This document shows positions 47,208-56,627 of a stretch of DNA of 64,000 nt, in pieces. The translations under genes were made by a program, and so were the position numbers. The notes beneath the pieces are model-generated. The model made no database searches and was not told the DNA's origin. It worked only from the letters and a program-made list of their open reading frames with translations. The stretch lies in the IMG/VR virus record IMGVR_UViG_3300046692_000091, positions 124,001 to 188,000 of that record; one strand, 5' to 3'. Within the stretch, counting starts at the first letter, position 1. The number at the start of each line of letters is the position of its first letter.

Positions 47208-47681
47208 ATGGCTTATACCAAATTAGCTATTGTTCGTGGGGAATGGCAACTTGACCCTGATCAAGTATTCCGTCTCTATGTGCACCCAACACTCGAACTC
47301 ATCGACCGTGCCGGAGAAACGCACCATGTATCAGCATTCGCAACAACTGTCGGAAGAGCAAGTAAATCACGATGTGAAACGTCGGGTACTCTCTTTTGCT
47401 CCGCCTCCGAAACCAGTAGCTCGTTTGGGGGAAGACCAGGGCAAGCCTTCAGAACGTCAGACCAAAAGTGGCTGGAACCGTTAAGTCCAGACCAAAGTTT
47501 TCACATGCTTGGAGAATTGTCTAATAACAGTTCTCCGATTATGGCTGCTCTAGTATCTCGATCAGCTGTTCAATGGCTAACTGAAGATATGGAGCCAGAT
47601 CTCGTTTGCATTGATGATGCGATAGAGACCAACCAGTACGATGGACAGATCATCGAAATTCTTAAACGCATGAAGGTTTGA
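47208..47681 (+). CDS. Hypothetical protein
   Basis: SD aggag; 157 aa. Confidence 0.75.
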   Translation: MAYTKLAIVRGEWQLDPDQVFRLYVHPTLELIDRAGETHHVSAFATTVGRASKSRCETSGTLFCSASETSSSFGGRPGQAFRTSDQKWLEPLSPDQSFHMLGELSNNSSPIMAALVSRSAVQWLTEDMEPDLVCIDDAIETNQYDGQIIEILKRMKV

Positions 47682-47683
47682 TA

Positions 47684-48022
47684 ATGAGTAACCGGATTGA
47701 AATGTTGGTAAGCCAAATCCCAGATCGTGAAGAGATCATCAAAAAGGGTACGGCTCGTGAAGTAGAAGAAATCCTGCAATTGGTCATGCTGGAATTCCGT
47801 TCAAACGAAGGTGATAACGATACCTTCGCTAAAGTTCAGGATAACGTAGATTCCTGGAAGTGGTATATCGAGCTTCCATTCGCTGTATCAGAATATGTTC
47901 AGCACGCTGTGCGCGATGCACTCGCTGAGAAGTTCTTCGATATTGTTCATTTCAATGACTACGGTTCATTCGAAGCTGGCAAGACCCGCATGTCCATCAC
48001 AGTCCTCAAGAGTGAAAAGTAA
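47684..48022 (+). CDS. Hypothetical protein
   Basis: 112 aa; family with 48022. Confidence 0.8.
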   Translation: MSNRIEMLVSQIPDREEIIKKGTAREVEEILQLVMLEFRSNEGDNDTFAKVQDNVDSWKWYIELPFAVSEYVQHAVRDALAEKFFDIVHFNDYGSFEAGKTRMSITVLKSEK

Positions 48023-48351
48023 TGTGCCATATTCACCACGATCCTGATGCTATCATTCAGGCTTATACCGAAGCAGTCACCAAACGCGTAATCGACCAGA
48101 TCATGGCACTGCATGGCGAAGACTTAATGCCAGCAGTGATTCGCCTTAATAGGGATGGCTTGGTGTTCCAGCATCTGATCAATGAAGATATCCATTCTGC
48201 ATCCAAAGCAGGTATGTCCATCATCCGTGAGATGAATAGCCTGGGATTTGTTGATATTAAGTTCTATGATCACTGCATCGCTGGCCAGCGTACTTCGATG
48301 GAATATACTCTGACGACTATCGAGAACTTCGAGGTTATTCTGAATGTTTGA
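48022..48351 (+). CDS. Hypothetical protein
   Basis: 109 aa; TKRVIDQI matches TQRVIDYI of 53684. Confidence 0.8.
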   Translation: MCHIHHDPDAIIQAYTEAVTKRVIDQIMALHGEDLMPAVIRLNRDGLVFQHLINEDIHSASKAGMSIIREMNSLGFVDIKFYDHCIAGQRTSMEYTLTTIENFEVILNV

Positions 48352-48619
48352 TCTGACTAAGTGCGATACGTTCCATGAGGGTGATGTGCTTCTCACTTTC
48401 AAAATTGGTGACGATGAAACTAAAGCCAAGATGATCCCAGTAATGGCGAGCTTGGGTCTGTACCAATGGGCTTACTCCAAACGTGAAGACGATGGCTGTG
48501 AGCAATACTTGTTCGTAGCTGATTACGAACAGCGTAAGGTTGATCATCTGCGTAGCTGCATGAATTCGTTGTCTTTGCCGGAAAGCTTTAAAGCAAAGCT
48601 CTCGGAACTGGCTTCATGA
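48344..48619 (+). CDS. Hypothetical protein
   Basis: 91 aa, SD gaggt. Confidence 0.75.
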   Translation: MFDLTKCDTFHEGDVLLTFKIGDDETKAKMIPVMASLGLYQWAYSKREDDGCEQYLFVADYEQRKVDHLRSCMNSLSLPESFKAKLSELAS

Positions 48620-48954
48620 TTCAATACCCATGTGATCTCCTAGCAGAACAACTTAAGAAGCTGCGTGAGCGGTTCTGGTGGCTTACTGGCGACACATTGC
48701 CCCTACCGGGTGAATACATCATCGATCAGTCTCATGGACGTTTCTACGAGTCCACTGAAGAACTGGTCACTCGTCGGCGTGAATGGCTTATTAACCGATC
48801 AGGCAAGACTGCGTTCCGTTTCAACTTCGATGGTGAGGCTGAAACTTTATACGTAGGTTCGCTAACAGATGAGGATGAAATCATCTTCTCTTGGTTACGT
48901 GGTGAGGATACTAAACATGACAAAGGAACTATTCCCGGAGAACCTGTCGTTTGA
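48616..48954 (+). CDS. Hypothetical protein
   Basis: 112 aa, ATGA-coupled. Confidence 0.7.
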   Translation: MIQYPCDLLAEQLKKLRERFWWLTGDTLPLPGEYIIDQSHGRFYESTEELVTRRREWLINRSGKTAFRFNFDGEAETLYVGSLTDEDEIIFSWLRGEDTKHDKGTIPGEPVV

Positions 48955-49099
48955 AGAAGTCTTAGCTAGTGTGGCGGGGGGTGCTTTAGTGCAGTCCCGT
49001 CATCTACCTGAAACCAAACTTGCGCTGGAACCTACCCAACAGACGGATCGATTGGAACTCAAACCAAATCCAGAATATCTGGTGGACGTGTACATATGA
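48917..49099 (+). CDS. Small hypothetical protein
   Basis: SD gagga; 60 aa; coupled to next gene. Confidence 0.55.
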   Translation: MTKELFPENLSFEEVLASVAGGALVQSRHLPETKLALEPTQQTDRLELKPNPEYLVDVYI

Positions 49100-49374
49100 G
49101 CAGCAAACAAATGACCCTGATCCGTGGGGTTATGGTAAACGATCTGTTGGAAATCAATCAACAGGTTCAAGATGGTATCGATAGCCAAGAGTTAGGCTTT
49201 ACCATCGATCAAGCTGTTGCTGTTAAACAAGCAATCCAAGACACTACTGTCGGTGTACTGCATGTGATCGACAAGCATGCGCAAATCTTTCCTGCTGGTC
49301 ATGATCTCGGCTCTAATCCTTTCTTTAATGAATCGGAACTAGCCGAAGCTTACATCGAAGCAATCAACTCTTAA
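49096..49374 (+). CDS. Small acidic helical protein with INS C-terminus
   Basis: Ends YIEAINS. Confidence 0.8.
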   Translation: MSSKQMTLIRGVMVNDLLEINQQVQDGIDSQELGFTIDQAVAVKQAIQDTTVGVLHVIDKHAQIFPAGHDLGSNPFFNESELAEAYIEAINS

Positions 49375-49382
49375 GGAACAAC

Positions 49383-49631
49383 ATGGATACCGAAGAACTC
49401 GTTGAATCTGTTGCAGAGGCTAATGACCTCAAACAAAAAGAAATTCTGGATGGCATGATCGGTATTCGTATCGAAGCAGAAGCTATGCCCCAAGTAGAAG
49501 GCATTCATCACGCTATCTCTGAAACTGCTCGTCTGTATGAAGGCGCATTCGTTCTGGAAGTAACTGCCAATGGTTGTGCTACCGAATACATGGGTACCGC
49601 AGATCGTTACCTGGAGTACGTTAACTCGTGA
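49383..49631 (+). CDS. Small acidic protein with VNS C-terminus
   Basis: Ends YLEYVNS. Confidence 0.8.
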   Translation: MDTEELVESVAEANDLKQKEILDGMIGIRIEAEAMPQVEGIHHAISETARLYEGAFVLEVTANGCATEYMGTADRYLEYVNS

Positions 49632-49864
49632 CCCATCTTGTCCCTGATGAGAAAGTCGATGCTGCTGCAAAGCTATTCATCGACTGGTCACGCAGTGTAG
49701 ATGAAGATGAGTTCGAAGCCACCTTCAAAGGTCTTGATGGTATCCTTGATATTCTAGCTAAGGCGATGATTATCCCATTGGATACTAAAGATCGTCTCAC
49801 TGCTGCGATTGGCCGTATCAATGAAGAAGAGGAAAAGAAAACCTTCGAAGACTTCTTCAAATAA
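49628..49864 (+). CDS. Small acidic helical protein
   Basis: GTGA-coupled; GRINEEEE tail. Confidence 0.75.
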   Translation: MTHLVPDEKVDAAAKLFIDWSRSVDEDEFEATFKGLDGILDILAKAMIIPLDTKDRLTAAIGRINEEEEKKTFEDFFK

Positions 49865-49934
49865 AGAACTACTAATTCCCGTAATACAATGCGTGAATGT
49901 TTCGCGCTAATCATTCTCAATAGGAAGCACCGCA

Positions 49935-50168
49935 ATGACTGACAAAATCGTAGAAGCCAATGTTGAATCCCGTGATGCCCTGATCAGTATTATCAATGAA
50001 GTCCGTAGCACCGCCAATGGCGAAGTCACCATCGCTGCCGCTGTTGATGTTGCAATCACCGGCACCGTAATTGCTGTTGAACAAGCTGTCCTGTCCGGTG
50101 GCATGGGTTCGGTAGTTGACCTGAACGAAGCCCTGGGTAAGAACTGGGCCGAAGCCGTTAACTCCTAA
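49935..50168 (+). CDS. Small acidic protein with VNS C-terminus
   Basis: Ends WAEAVNS. Confidence 0.8.
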   Translation: MTDKIVEANVESRDALISIINEVRSTANGEVTIAAAVDVAITGTVIAVEQAVLSGGMGSVVDLNEALGKNWAEAVNS

Positions 50169-50452
50169 TGGCGCTGTCCCTAATCGACTCAGGGTTGTTC
50201 AAGCTGTTGGACCGTGATCGTGACCAACTGGTGTGCGATGAGTTCAAAGATGCACGTGACGAGGCCGGTAATCTAACCGTCGCCTCCGTCTCTGCAGCTA
50301 TGGATAAACTGTACGACAGAACAGTCGGACAAACGTTGTACGCTTTAGATAGCGTAGGCTTCTTCACGATTGCCGATACTAAAGCTAGAACAATTACAGA
50401 TATCGTTTCTCAGTCAATGGGCGACGAATGGTTCGCTGCAATCAACTCGTAA
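50168..50452 (+). CDS. Small acidic protein with INS C-terminus
   Basis: Ends WFAAINS. Confidence 0.8.
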   Translation: MALSLIDSGLFKLLDRDRDQLVCDEFKDARDEAGNLTVASVSAAMDKLYDRTVGQTLYALDSVGFFTIADTKARTITDIVSQSMGDEWFAAINS

Positions 50453-50461
50453 GGAAATCCG

Positions 50462-50809
50462 ATGTTCCCTGTTTACTTCCAAGGTAGTGTAGTTGGTGCC
50501 ATTCTAGGTATCATCTTGATTCTCTCGTTGGCAACCATTCTGATTCGCAATAAAAGCGAAGGCATGAAGTGGTTCTCCAACAAATACCGCTGGTTGGTGG
50601 CAACCGCTATACTGGTCAGTTGGACTGGTTCGTTCGTCAATATCGGTCTACACCAAGTTGAAGGTGATCGTGCCCGATTCGATCAAGCTGGTACTCTCAC
50701 CGAGAAGAACATTCCTAAGGTTACTCGTGACACTCCTTCACCGGAGTCGGCACGTAAAGCTGCTGACGAATCTCGCAAAGAGATCGACGCCGGTAACCTG
50801 AACAAGTAA
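50462..50809 (+). CDS. Two-TM membrane protein, probable SPFH partner
   Basis: Two hydrophobic helices; directly upstream of SPFH gene. Confidence 0.75.
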   Translation: MFPVYFQGSVVGAILGIILILSLATILIRNKSEGMKWFSNKYRWLVATAILVSWTGSFVNIGLHQVEGDRARFDQAGTLTEKNIPKVTRDTPSPESARKAADESRKEIDAGNLNK

Positions 50810-50851
50810 TACCTGGTTACACTCAAACTCGAATTCAAAAGGAAATGCTAC

Positions 50852-51715
50852 ATGAAACTGCTGTCCGTTATCAAGTCCGCTGCACTCGCCATGATCGCCG
50901 TCGTTGCACTGCAAGGCTGCTCGTTCGAAGTCATCCCACCTGCCTTCAAAGGTAAGATTCTGACTACCTCTGGTTACAACCCAGAGATCCTGGAACCAGG
51001 TAAAGAAACTCTGTGGGGTCGTGATGAACTGGTCCTGCTGGAAACCGGTACTCGCACTGTTGCTGAAACCATCACCGTGAAGATGGATGACAAACTCGAT
51101 CTGACTTTCGATGTTCGTTTCCGTACTCGCATTGGCGGGGACAAGAAAGTCCTGAACCAAATGTTCAATGACATTCAGGTCAAAGAAAAGCGTGTGACAC
51201 TGCAACAAGTCTACGGTGTGTATGGTCTTGATGTAGTGCAATCGGTATCTCGTTCAGTTGTTGGCAAATACAAAACCGAAGATGTCGGTGCTAACTTCGA
51301 TAAGATCACCGCTGATCTGTCTGAACGTCTCGTGAAAGCAATGGTTAATTCCCCCCTGGAAGTATCGAACGTTACTCTTGGTAATCTGAAGTATCCTAAA
51401 GTGATTACTGAAGCGATCGAGAAACAACAAGAGCGTCTGCTGGCTATTGAAACTGAAACCAACCAGCAAGCCATCGAAACAGTTAAACGTGATAACCAAC
51501 TGCGGTTGGCACAACTGGATCGCGATATCGAACTGACCAAAGCCAAGACTCTGCGGGATGCTAACGCCATTACTGCGGATGGTCTGAGCCCGGCACTGCT
51601 GCAATACCGTGCTCTGGACGTACAAGAGAAAATGGCTGAGAATGATGCCGCTGTATTCGTACCATACGAAGCCTTCGGTACCGCTGGCATGTCTAACCGT
51701 ATCTTCAACAAGTAA
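50852..51715 (+). CDS. SPFH/band-7 (prohibitin-like) lipoprotein
   Basis: Lipobox LQGC; IPPAFKG, VTLGNLKYPKVITEAIE, coiled coil, LLQYRAL. Confidence 0.85.
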   Translation: MKLLSVIKSAALAMIAVVALQGCSFEVIPPAFKGKILTTSGYNPEILEPGKETLWGRDELVLLETGTRTVAETITVKMDDKLDLTFDVRFRTRIGGDKKVLNQMFNDIQVKEKRVTLQQVYGVYGLDVVQSVSRSVVGKYKTEDVGANFDKITADLSERLVKAMVNSPLEVSNVTLGNLKYPKVITEAIEKQQERLLAIETETNQQAIETVKRDNQLRLAQLDRDIELTKAKTLRDANAITADGLSPALLQYRALDVQEKMAENDAAVFVPYEAFGTAGMSNRIFNK

Positions 51716-51731
51716 CACTGTCTAACGGACT

Positions 51732-51749
51732 GCCTCCCTTCGGGGAGGC
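51732..51749 (+). terminator. Intrinsic terminator
   Basis: gcctccc-ttcg-gggaggc plus ttt. Confidence 0.85.
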
Positions 51750-51779
51750 TTTCTGTCATTTCTTTTTTGTGAGGTTACG

Positions 51780-52058
51780 ATGACTCAATTCGACGAATCT
51801 TTCCAGGCAATCGAACGAAACATCTCAGGTGGTAGTTACGCCCGGAATAATCCTTGCCCAGTCTCTCAAGCTTTCGCTAATGGCTTGGAAGAAGGAGCAC
51901 GTCATGGTGTACGGGTAACGCTGGATATCCTGGAGCTCCATGGGCATCTAGAAAATGAAGAAGCTGGTAAAGTATCCATCCAGAACCAATGGGATGATTG
52001 GTACCACACCATGCTTGACGAACATGTCGATGTAATTAACGGAGTACCCACAGAATGA
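51780..52058 (+). CDS. Small acidic protein, paralogue of 52925
   Basis: SQAFANGLEEG...GVRVTLDILE versus TQAFRMGIDRGVECVLSAVD. Confidence 0.75.
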   Translation: MTQFDESFQAIERNISGGSYARNNPCPVSQAFANGLEEGARHGVRVTLDILELHGHLENEEAGKVSIQNQWDDWYHTMLDEHVDVINGVPTE

Positions 52059-52312
52059 CCCCTGTACCATCTGATTTCTTTCGTGGTCTAGTAGAACACA
52101 TTGCCCATAACACCAAGCAGCATGATGCGATTGATCTCGCCTTGGTCCATTCTGGAGCAGCAATGACACTGGACTACTTTGCACTGCAGACAATTCGTGC
52201 AGAGCCAGACGGCTCGCATATAAACGCAATGGCTATGTCTGATTGTTTCCGGGAGCATGCCGAACTGTTCTATGCTGATCCTGAACAACAGCAAGCAAAA
52301 AAAGACGCATAG
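52055..52312 (+). CDS. Hypothetical protein
   Basis: 85 aa, coupled. Confidence 0.7.
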   Translation: MTPVPSDFFRGLVEHIAHNTKQHDAIDLALVHSGAAMTLDYFALQTIRAEPDGSHINAMAMSDCFREHAELFYADPEQQQAKKDA

Positions 52313-52349
52313 GCATTCCCTATGTATTAACTCCATTCGGAACACCAAA

Positions 52350-52457
52350 ATGAAACACCGCATCATAGCCTTCTTCTATGAATACCGTAACCCATTGGGG
52401 TTAGCGCTCGTAGGTGGGCTATACATCGCTTTCGTAAATCTCTCTGGCCTCAGTTGA
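52350..52457 (+). CDS. Small single-TM protein (35 aa)
   Basis: MKHRIIAFFYEYRNPLGLALVGGLYIAFV. Confidence 0.5.
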   Translation: MKHRIIAFFYEYRNPLGLALVGGLYIAFVNLSGLS

Positions 52458-52473
52458 CAAAAGGAAAACTGCA

Positions 52474-52932
52474 ATGTCTCCCGCTCTTGTTCTCTCCCTC
52501 GCTGCTATTGTAATCGTTCTACTCGTTGCCTACTATGCGTGGGTTGGTCTTATCAATGCTACCGGTGGTGGCTTGAAAGAGTGGGTAGATGCAGACTTTC
52601 CTGATATCGTGCATACGCCGAAAGCGACATGGTTGACTGGGTTTAAATATCGCCAACATGGCTTGTCTGTTAAAGCTAAATTGGATGTGCCGATCTGTCT
52701 AGAATATGATCAGCATGTACATCTTGGTCGGTTCTCTGTGGTTGACACCTTTGCACGTTCCGCCAGTTCATTAGACGGGGTTGATCAGAACCATGAAAAG
52801 GATCTGGTTGCCTATGACTTTGGTATGGATCTGGAACTCATGACTGGTGGTCAAATCGCTATGCGCGTAGTCTATAACCGCATCAGTATTACCGACATCG
52901 AACCAGTCATCAAGGAGTCTGCCTGTGAGTGA
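52474..52932 (+). CDS. N-terminally anchored membrane protein
   Basis: TM at approximately residues 3-25. Confidence 0.8.
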   Translation: MSPALVLSLAAIVIVLLVAYYAWVGLINATGGGLKEWVDADFPDIVHTPKATWLTGFKYRQHGLSVKAKLDVPICLEYDQHVHLGRFSVVDTFARSASSLDGVDQNHEKDLVAYDFGMDLELMTGGQIAMRVVYNRISITDIEPVIKESACE

Positions 52933-53278
52933 GTACCCAAAGGCAACCAAGGCCGAGCTTGAAAAAGCATATGCCTTGGTTAATGAATTAGAGAAAGAAC
53001 TCGTAGCCGATTCACAAATGGCACGTGGAATTTGGTTTGCTGATATTCAAGCGAACGTCCTAGATCAGAACCCCCCAAAGTTTGACAAAGGGTCAACGAT
53101 GACCCAAGCTTTCCGCATGGGGATTGATCGTGGTGTGGAATGTGTATTGAGCGCAGTCGATTCTCGGGGCATCCTGATGATCGATGGCAATGATCGAATG
53201 CTCAACGTAGACATCACTAGCGATGGTCCGGATATGTTACCCCTGGTAGATCTGTGGACTACCTACATTAATAGCTGA
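52925..53278 (+). CDS. Acidic protein with INS C-terminus
   Basis: GTG start, SD aaggag; ends WTTYINS. Confidence 0.8.
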   Translation: MSEYPKATKAELEKAYALVNELEKELVADSQMARGIWFADIQANVLDQNPPKFDKGSTMTQAFRMGIDRGVECVLSAVDSRGILMIDGNDRMLNVDITSDGPDMLPLVDLWTTYINS

Positions 53279-53285
53279 GGTCTCG

Positions 53286-53621
53286 ATGTATCAAACCACC
53301 AATGATGAACGTTGGGCAAAAGCCACGACTCGTGTTATCACTGATGCTGAGATGAATAATGCCAGTATCCGTATTGGTCAGAACATGATGTTCCAAGGGC
53401 TCAATCAGGACCTTAAGGAATTGAATCAGCTGGTCGATATGGACGAGGATAAAATCAAGTGTGTCCAGCTAGGTATGTGCATGGTTTTCAATTACATTGA
53501 AGACGCTCAGTTAGAACTGATCAGTAAAGAAGATCAGGGTTCACTGAATCCTACTCATGAATCACATGACTATCATCTTGGTTTTGCATGGGATAGTTAC
53601 ATCGCTTCTATTAATAGCTAG
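53286..53621 (+). CDS. Acidic protein with INS C-terminus
   Basis: Ends YIASINS. Confidence 0.8.
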   Translation: MYQTTNDERWAKATTRVITDAEMNNASIRIGQNMMFQGLNQDLKELNQLVDMDEDKIKCVQLGMCMVFNYIEDAQLELISKEDQGSLNPTHESHDYHLGFAWDSYIASINS

Positions 53622-53683
53622 GCTCTGTATGATCTTATGTATCTATGTTTGTAGATATCATCCTGATCACTAAGGAGTCTTAA

Positions 53684-54223
53684 ATGGCTATTCTGAAGAA
53701 AATTGAAGCTGTTGCTGCACGTGTAGCACAGGACATCACCCCACTGGAACTGTTCATCAATGAACACCTGACTACTCAGCGTGTAATTGATTACATCAGC
53801 AATACCCAGATCGATAACCCGTCCATCCGTGTTAACATTGATGGCGCTACCCTGACCACTCCAGCCGTCGCTGCTCTGAAGGCTTCCATTGAAGCTGCAG
53901 AATGGAAAGACGTTGAAGTCATCCAGGAAGCTAAACGTGTAGTCGTTGCTTTCTCGGTTAAACCAAAGGTTGACGTTTACGTCGCCACCGTTAGCCCTGC
54001 TTCTCCATCGGTAGCTGTTGCTGGCACCGTACAACTTGTCGTTACTGTAACTAAGAACGGCGAAGCGTATAGCGCTACTCCTACCTATACCTCTGGTACT
54101 CCAGCTAAAGCCACCGTTGCATCTAACGGTCTGGTTACTGGTGTTGCCGTTGGTACTTCGGTTATCACCATTGCTGAAGCTGGCAAGTACAGCGTCACCA
54201 AGACTGTTACCGTTACTGCTTAA
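53684..54223 (+). CDS. Ig-like (Big_2) domain protein, probable virion decoration protein
   Basis: C-terminal VSPASPSVAVAGTVQL...YTSGTPAKATVASNGLVTGVAVGTSVITI; SD aaggag; TATG cluster upstream. Confidence 0.8.
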   Translation: MAILKKIEAVAARVAQDITPLELFINEHLTTQRVIDYISNTQIDNPSIRVNIDGATLTTPAVAALKASIEAAEWKDVEVIQEAKRVVVAFSVKPKVDVYVATVSPASPSVAVAGTVQLVVTVTKNGEAYSATPTYTSGTPAKATVASNGLVTGVAVGTSVITIAEAGKYSVTKTVTVTA

Positions 54224-54229
54224 TATATC

Positions 54230-54249
54230 GCCTATCCTTCGGGATAGGC
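54230..54249 (+). terminator. Intrinsic terminator
   Basis: gcctatcc-ttcg-ggataggc plus ttt. Confidence 0.85.
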
Positions 54250-54287
54250 TTTATGTTGTTTTCTTTTATTCAAACTTTTTAAACGCC

Positions 54288-54295
54288 TATATTAC
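54288..54295 (+). promoter_or_regulatory. Early promoter TATATTAC
   Basis: Context tttcttttattcaaac shared with promoter at 716. Confidence 0.8.
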
Positions 54296-54329
54296 ATTCT
54301 TGGATTCACTAACTATAGGAAAAGGCCCG

Positions 54330-54713
54330 ATGACTAGTGTAAAGACCGATCGCGAACGCGTAGAAAAACTGTCAATGTTCAGCATAGATCTCACCCAGAA
54401 GATCCGTTCACTAATCGATGTCTTAGGACCATACGCACCTCTGGCACAAGCGTTGTCCGAATACCCTGATGCCTTAATCGTAAAAGCACAAGTAAAATTG
54501 CGTGGCTCAAGTAATAGTCTCTATCAGGTCTCTATCCTAGATAGTGGTCAACTGCAAGAAGTGTTCGTCACCGACAATGACGTATCTCGCTATATTGCAC
54601 TCCGCTTTAACAAAGCGGTATTTGGTACGAGCGACATATTCGATCGTGCCTCAATCTCCGTTGATGGTGTGACTATTGATCCTGAATCTCAGGGTCTAGC
54701 CGACATCGACTGA
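54330..54713 (+). CDS. Hypothetical protein
   Basis: 127 aa after promoter. Confidence 0.75.
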   Translation: MTSVKTDRERVEKLSMFSIDLTQKIRSLIDVLGPYAPLAQALSEYPDALIVKAQVKLRGSSNSLYQVSILDSGQLQEVFVTDNDVSRYIALRFNKAVFGTSDIFDRASISVDGVTIDPESQGLADID

Positions 54714-54718
54714 GAACA

Positions 54719-54736
54719 GTAACCCTTCGGGGTTAC
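54719..54736 (+). terminator. Intrinsic terminator
   Basis: gtaaccc-ttcg-gggttac plus T tract. Confidence 0.85.
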
Positions 54737-54771
54737 ATATTTTTCTTTGTGTGTTTTAAGGAATTTGCAGT

Positions 54772-55206
54772 ATGACAGTTGCACCAGAAATGGTTCCATT
54801 CGTTTATTGCGGTGGTACGTTAGCTGTATTCATCATAGGTACATTACTGTTCTTACTTATCCGCGGCATGATGGATCAGCGTGAGAATGAAAAGCCCGGC
54901 GAAAACAAACGTACTCGTTACATGATGCGTTTCGTTTATGATGCAGTTAACGTTAGGAGAATCGGCTATTACTCTACGAATACGATGAAGCCTTATATAC
55001 AGGCGTATCCAAAGTATGCGGCGGTAATAACTGGTTATCCGGCGGCGAAGTCTGTGTTTGATGACCATGCTAAACTAAGCCTTGGTCAAGTCAAAGAACA
55101 ATTTGCTTATCTGTACCCTACGTGCCGAATCTATCTAATGGAAGAACGCACTTACTTCGGTATTAAATCCTGGTATGACCTAACGAGCGTGGATCTGGTC
55201 CCATGA
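54772..55206 (+). CDS. N-terminally anchored membrane protein
   Basis: TM at approximately residues 9-30. Confidence 0.75.
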   Translation: MTVAPEMVPFVYCGGTLAVFIIGTLLFLLIRGMMDQRENEKPGENKRTRYMMRFVYDAVNVRRIGYYSTNTMKPYIQAYPKYAAVITGYPAAKSVFDDHAKLSLGQVKEQFAYLYPTCRIYLMEERTYFGIKSWYDLTSVDLVP

Positions 55207-55499
55207 GTGAATATGTAATCGAAATCATCCGTGGTCGTGATCACATTTATCTGTCTCGTAAAGAGAGCGGTAAAGCCAATGTCACACCGCAAGAACGCAA
55301 CGCTATTACTTTTGAATCATCAACTGCAGCTAAGCTAGTGATTGATGCATTGATGGAAAAGCCCACCTCAGACATGCGTAAGCTGTTGAAGGTTCAAGAA
55401 GACTGGAATCGTCCAGTCCAACTGTTGGCCCGTAAGCGGTTGGGTAATAGTCACATGACTACCAACGCCCGTATGTATCTATTTAAGGAAGCCGCATAA
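55203..55499 (+). CDS. Hypothetical protein
   Basis: 98 aa, coupled. Confidence 0.75.
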   Translation: MSEYVIEIIRGRDHIYLSRKESGKANVTPQERNAITFESSTAAKLVIDALMEKPTSDMRKLLKVQEDWNRPVQLLARKRLGNSHMTTNARMYLFKEAA

Positions 55500-55636
55500 T
55501 GTGGAAATTTACTTCGTTTGATGGACTCGTTTGGCGCACCCCTAAACAAATGAATCTGGTCGCCGCTGTCGCTCAGTGGACAATTTCCACTGGTCTTGGC
55601 GAAGCAGATATCAAAGAAATCATTAACATCCACTAA
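55499..55636 (+). CDS. Small hypothetical protein (45 aa)
   Basis: TAATG-coupled; MWKFTSFDGLVWRTPKQ... Confidence 0.6.
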   Translation: MWKFTSFDGLVWRTPKQMNLVAAVAQWTISTGLGEADIKEIINIH

Positions 55637-55648
55637 AAGGAATTAGTC

Positions 55649-56332
55649 ATGATCGAGATTAAAGTTAAGCCACAACATGGTAAAGGTCCTGGTATCAACA
55701 TTCACGGTAAACACGTGACTGAATCGGTACACCAGATCTTCTCTCGTGTAATGCGTGCTAATCACATGGACAGTCCTTACTACAAGGCCCGTCAAAAGTG
55801 TTCTGCATTCTTCCAAGGTGGGCATGATGCACCGAAAGGTGAATGGCTATTCATCGAGTTCTGGGGTAGTGATTACCTGGACTTCGTACAGATCATCCGT
55901 AAGCTAGTTAACTATCTCGATAATGAGGGTAATCCGCTACCGATTACCTACAGCTTCCCTGAAGAACAACGGGAGCGTGCGGATAACATCCATCACGATA
56001 CATTGCGTGGTAAGTATCAGAACAATGCTGACGGCACGAAGACACTGTTCCCTGTAGATGGGGATGATGTAATCGATCTGATCTGGCACATCGAACACGA
56101 AGGCTTCGTAATCCATCGTACAGAGATCCATGTTGATCCTTACGAGTGGGAAGAGAAAGGTGCGCTGGGTGTATTCCAGATGATCACTGAGGACACTACT
56201 GTTCCTTACATCTGGTTGCTCGGTGAGAACCTACGCTTCCTACCGACCGACGAAGAACAGAAACGGGCTGTCATGGATCTGTTGGGAGAATTCAAAATCG
56301 CCTACACGTTGAAGAAATATCCGAATGTCTAA
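55649..56332 (+). CDS. Hypothetical protein
   Basis: 227 aa, SD aagga. Confidence 0.85.
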   Translation: MIEIKVKPQHGKGPGINIHGKHVTESVHQIFSRVMRANHMDSPYYKARQKCSAFFQGGHDAPKGEWLFIEFWGSDYLDFVQIIRKLVNYLDNEGNPLPITYSFPEEQRERADNIHHDTLRGKYQNNADGTKTLFPVDGDDVIDLIWHIEHEGFVIHRTEIHVDPYEWEEKGALGVFQMITEDTTVPYIWLLGENLRFLPTDEEQKRAVMDLLGEFKIAYTLKKYPNV

Positions 56333-56627
56333 ATCTTTGACATGGGAACTCGAATGGATTGATAACAATCCAGATCGATACGAAGGCCCTTGGCATCAGG
56401 CAGCGGTGAAACGGTTCATCACTGCCCGCTATCTACGGAATGCGCTGATCAAAAAGGATGTGTCCTATACAGGTGATCCTGAGAAGCGTTACAAGTACTT
56501 GGGAACTTCCAAAGGGGCGGGCACTAGTAAAGGAGAGATCCTAGAAGTTTACTGGTGCTTCGTTGACAACCAACTGTATCACCGTACTCCCGGTGATTTC
56601 CGTGATCGAATTCAGGATAGCCGATGA
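56325..56627 (+). CDS. DUF1653-like SH3-fold protein
   Basis: YKYLG...EVYW...LYHRTPGDF pattern. Confidence 0.45.
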   Translation: MSKSLTWELEWIDNNPDRYEGPWHQAAVKRFITARYLRNALIKKDVSYTGDPEKRYKYLGTSKGAGTSKGEILEVYWCFVDNQLYHRTPGDFRDRIQDSR

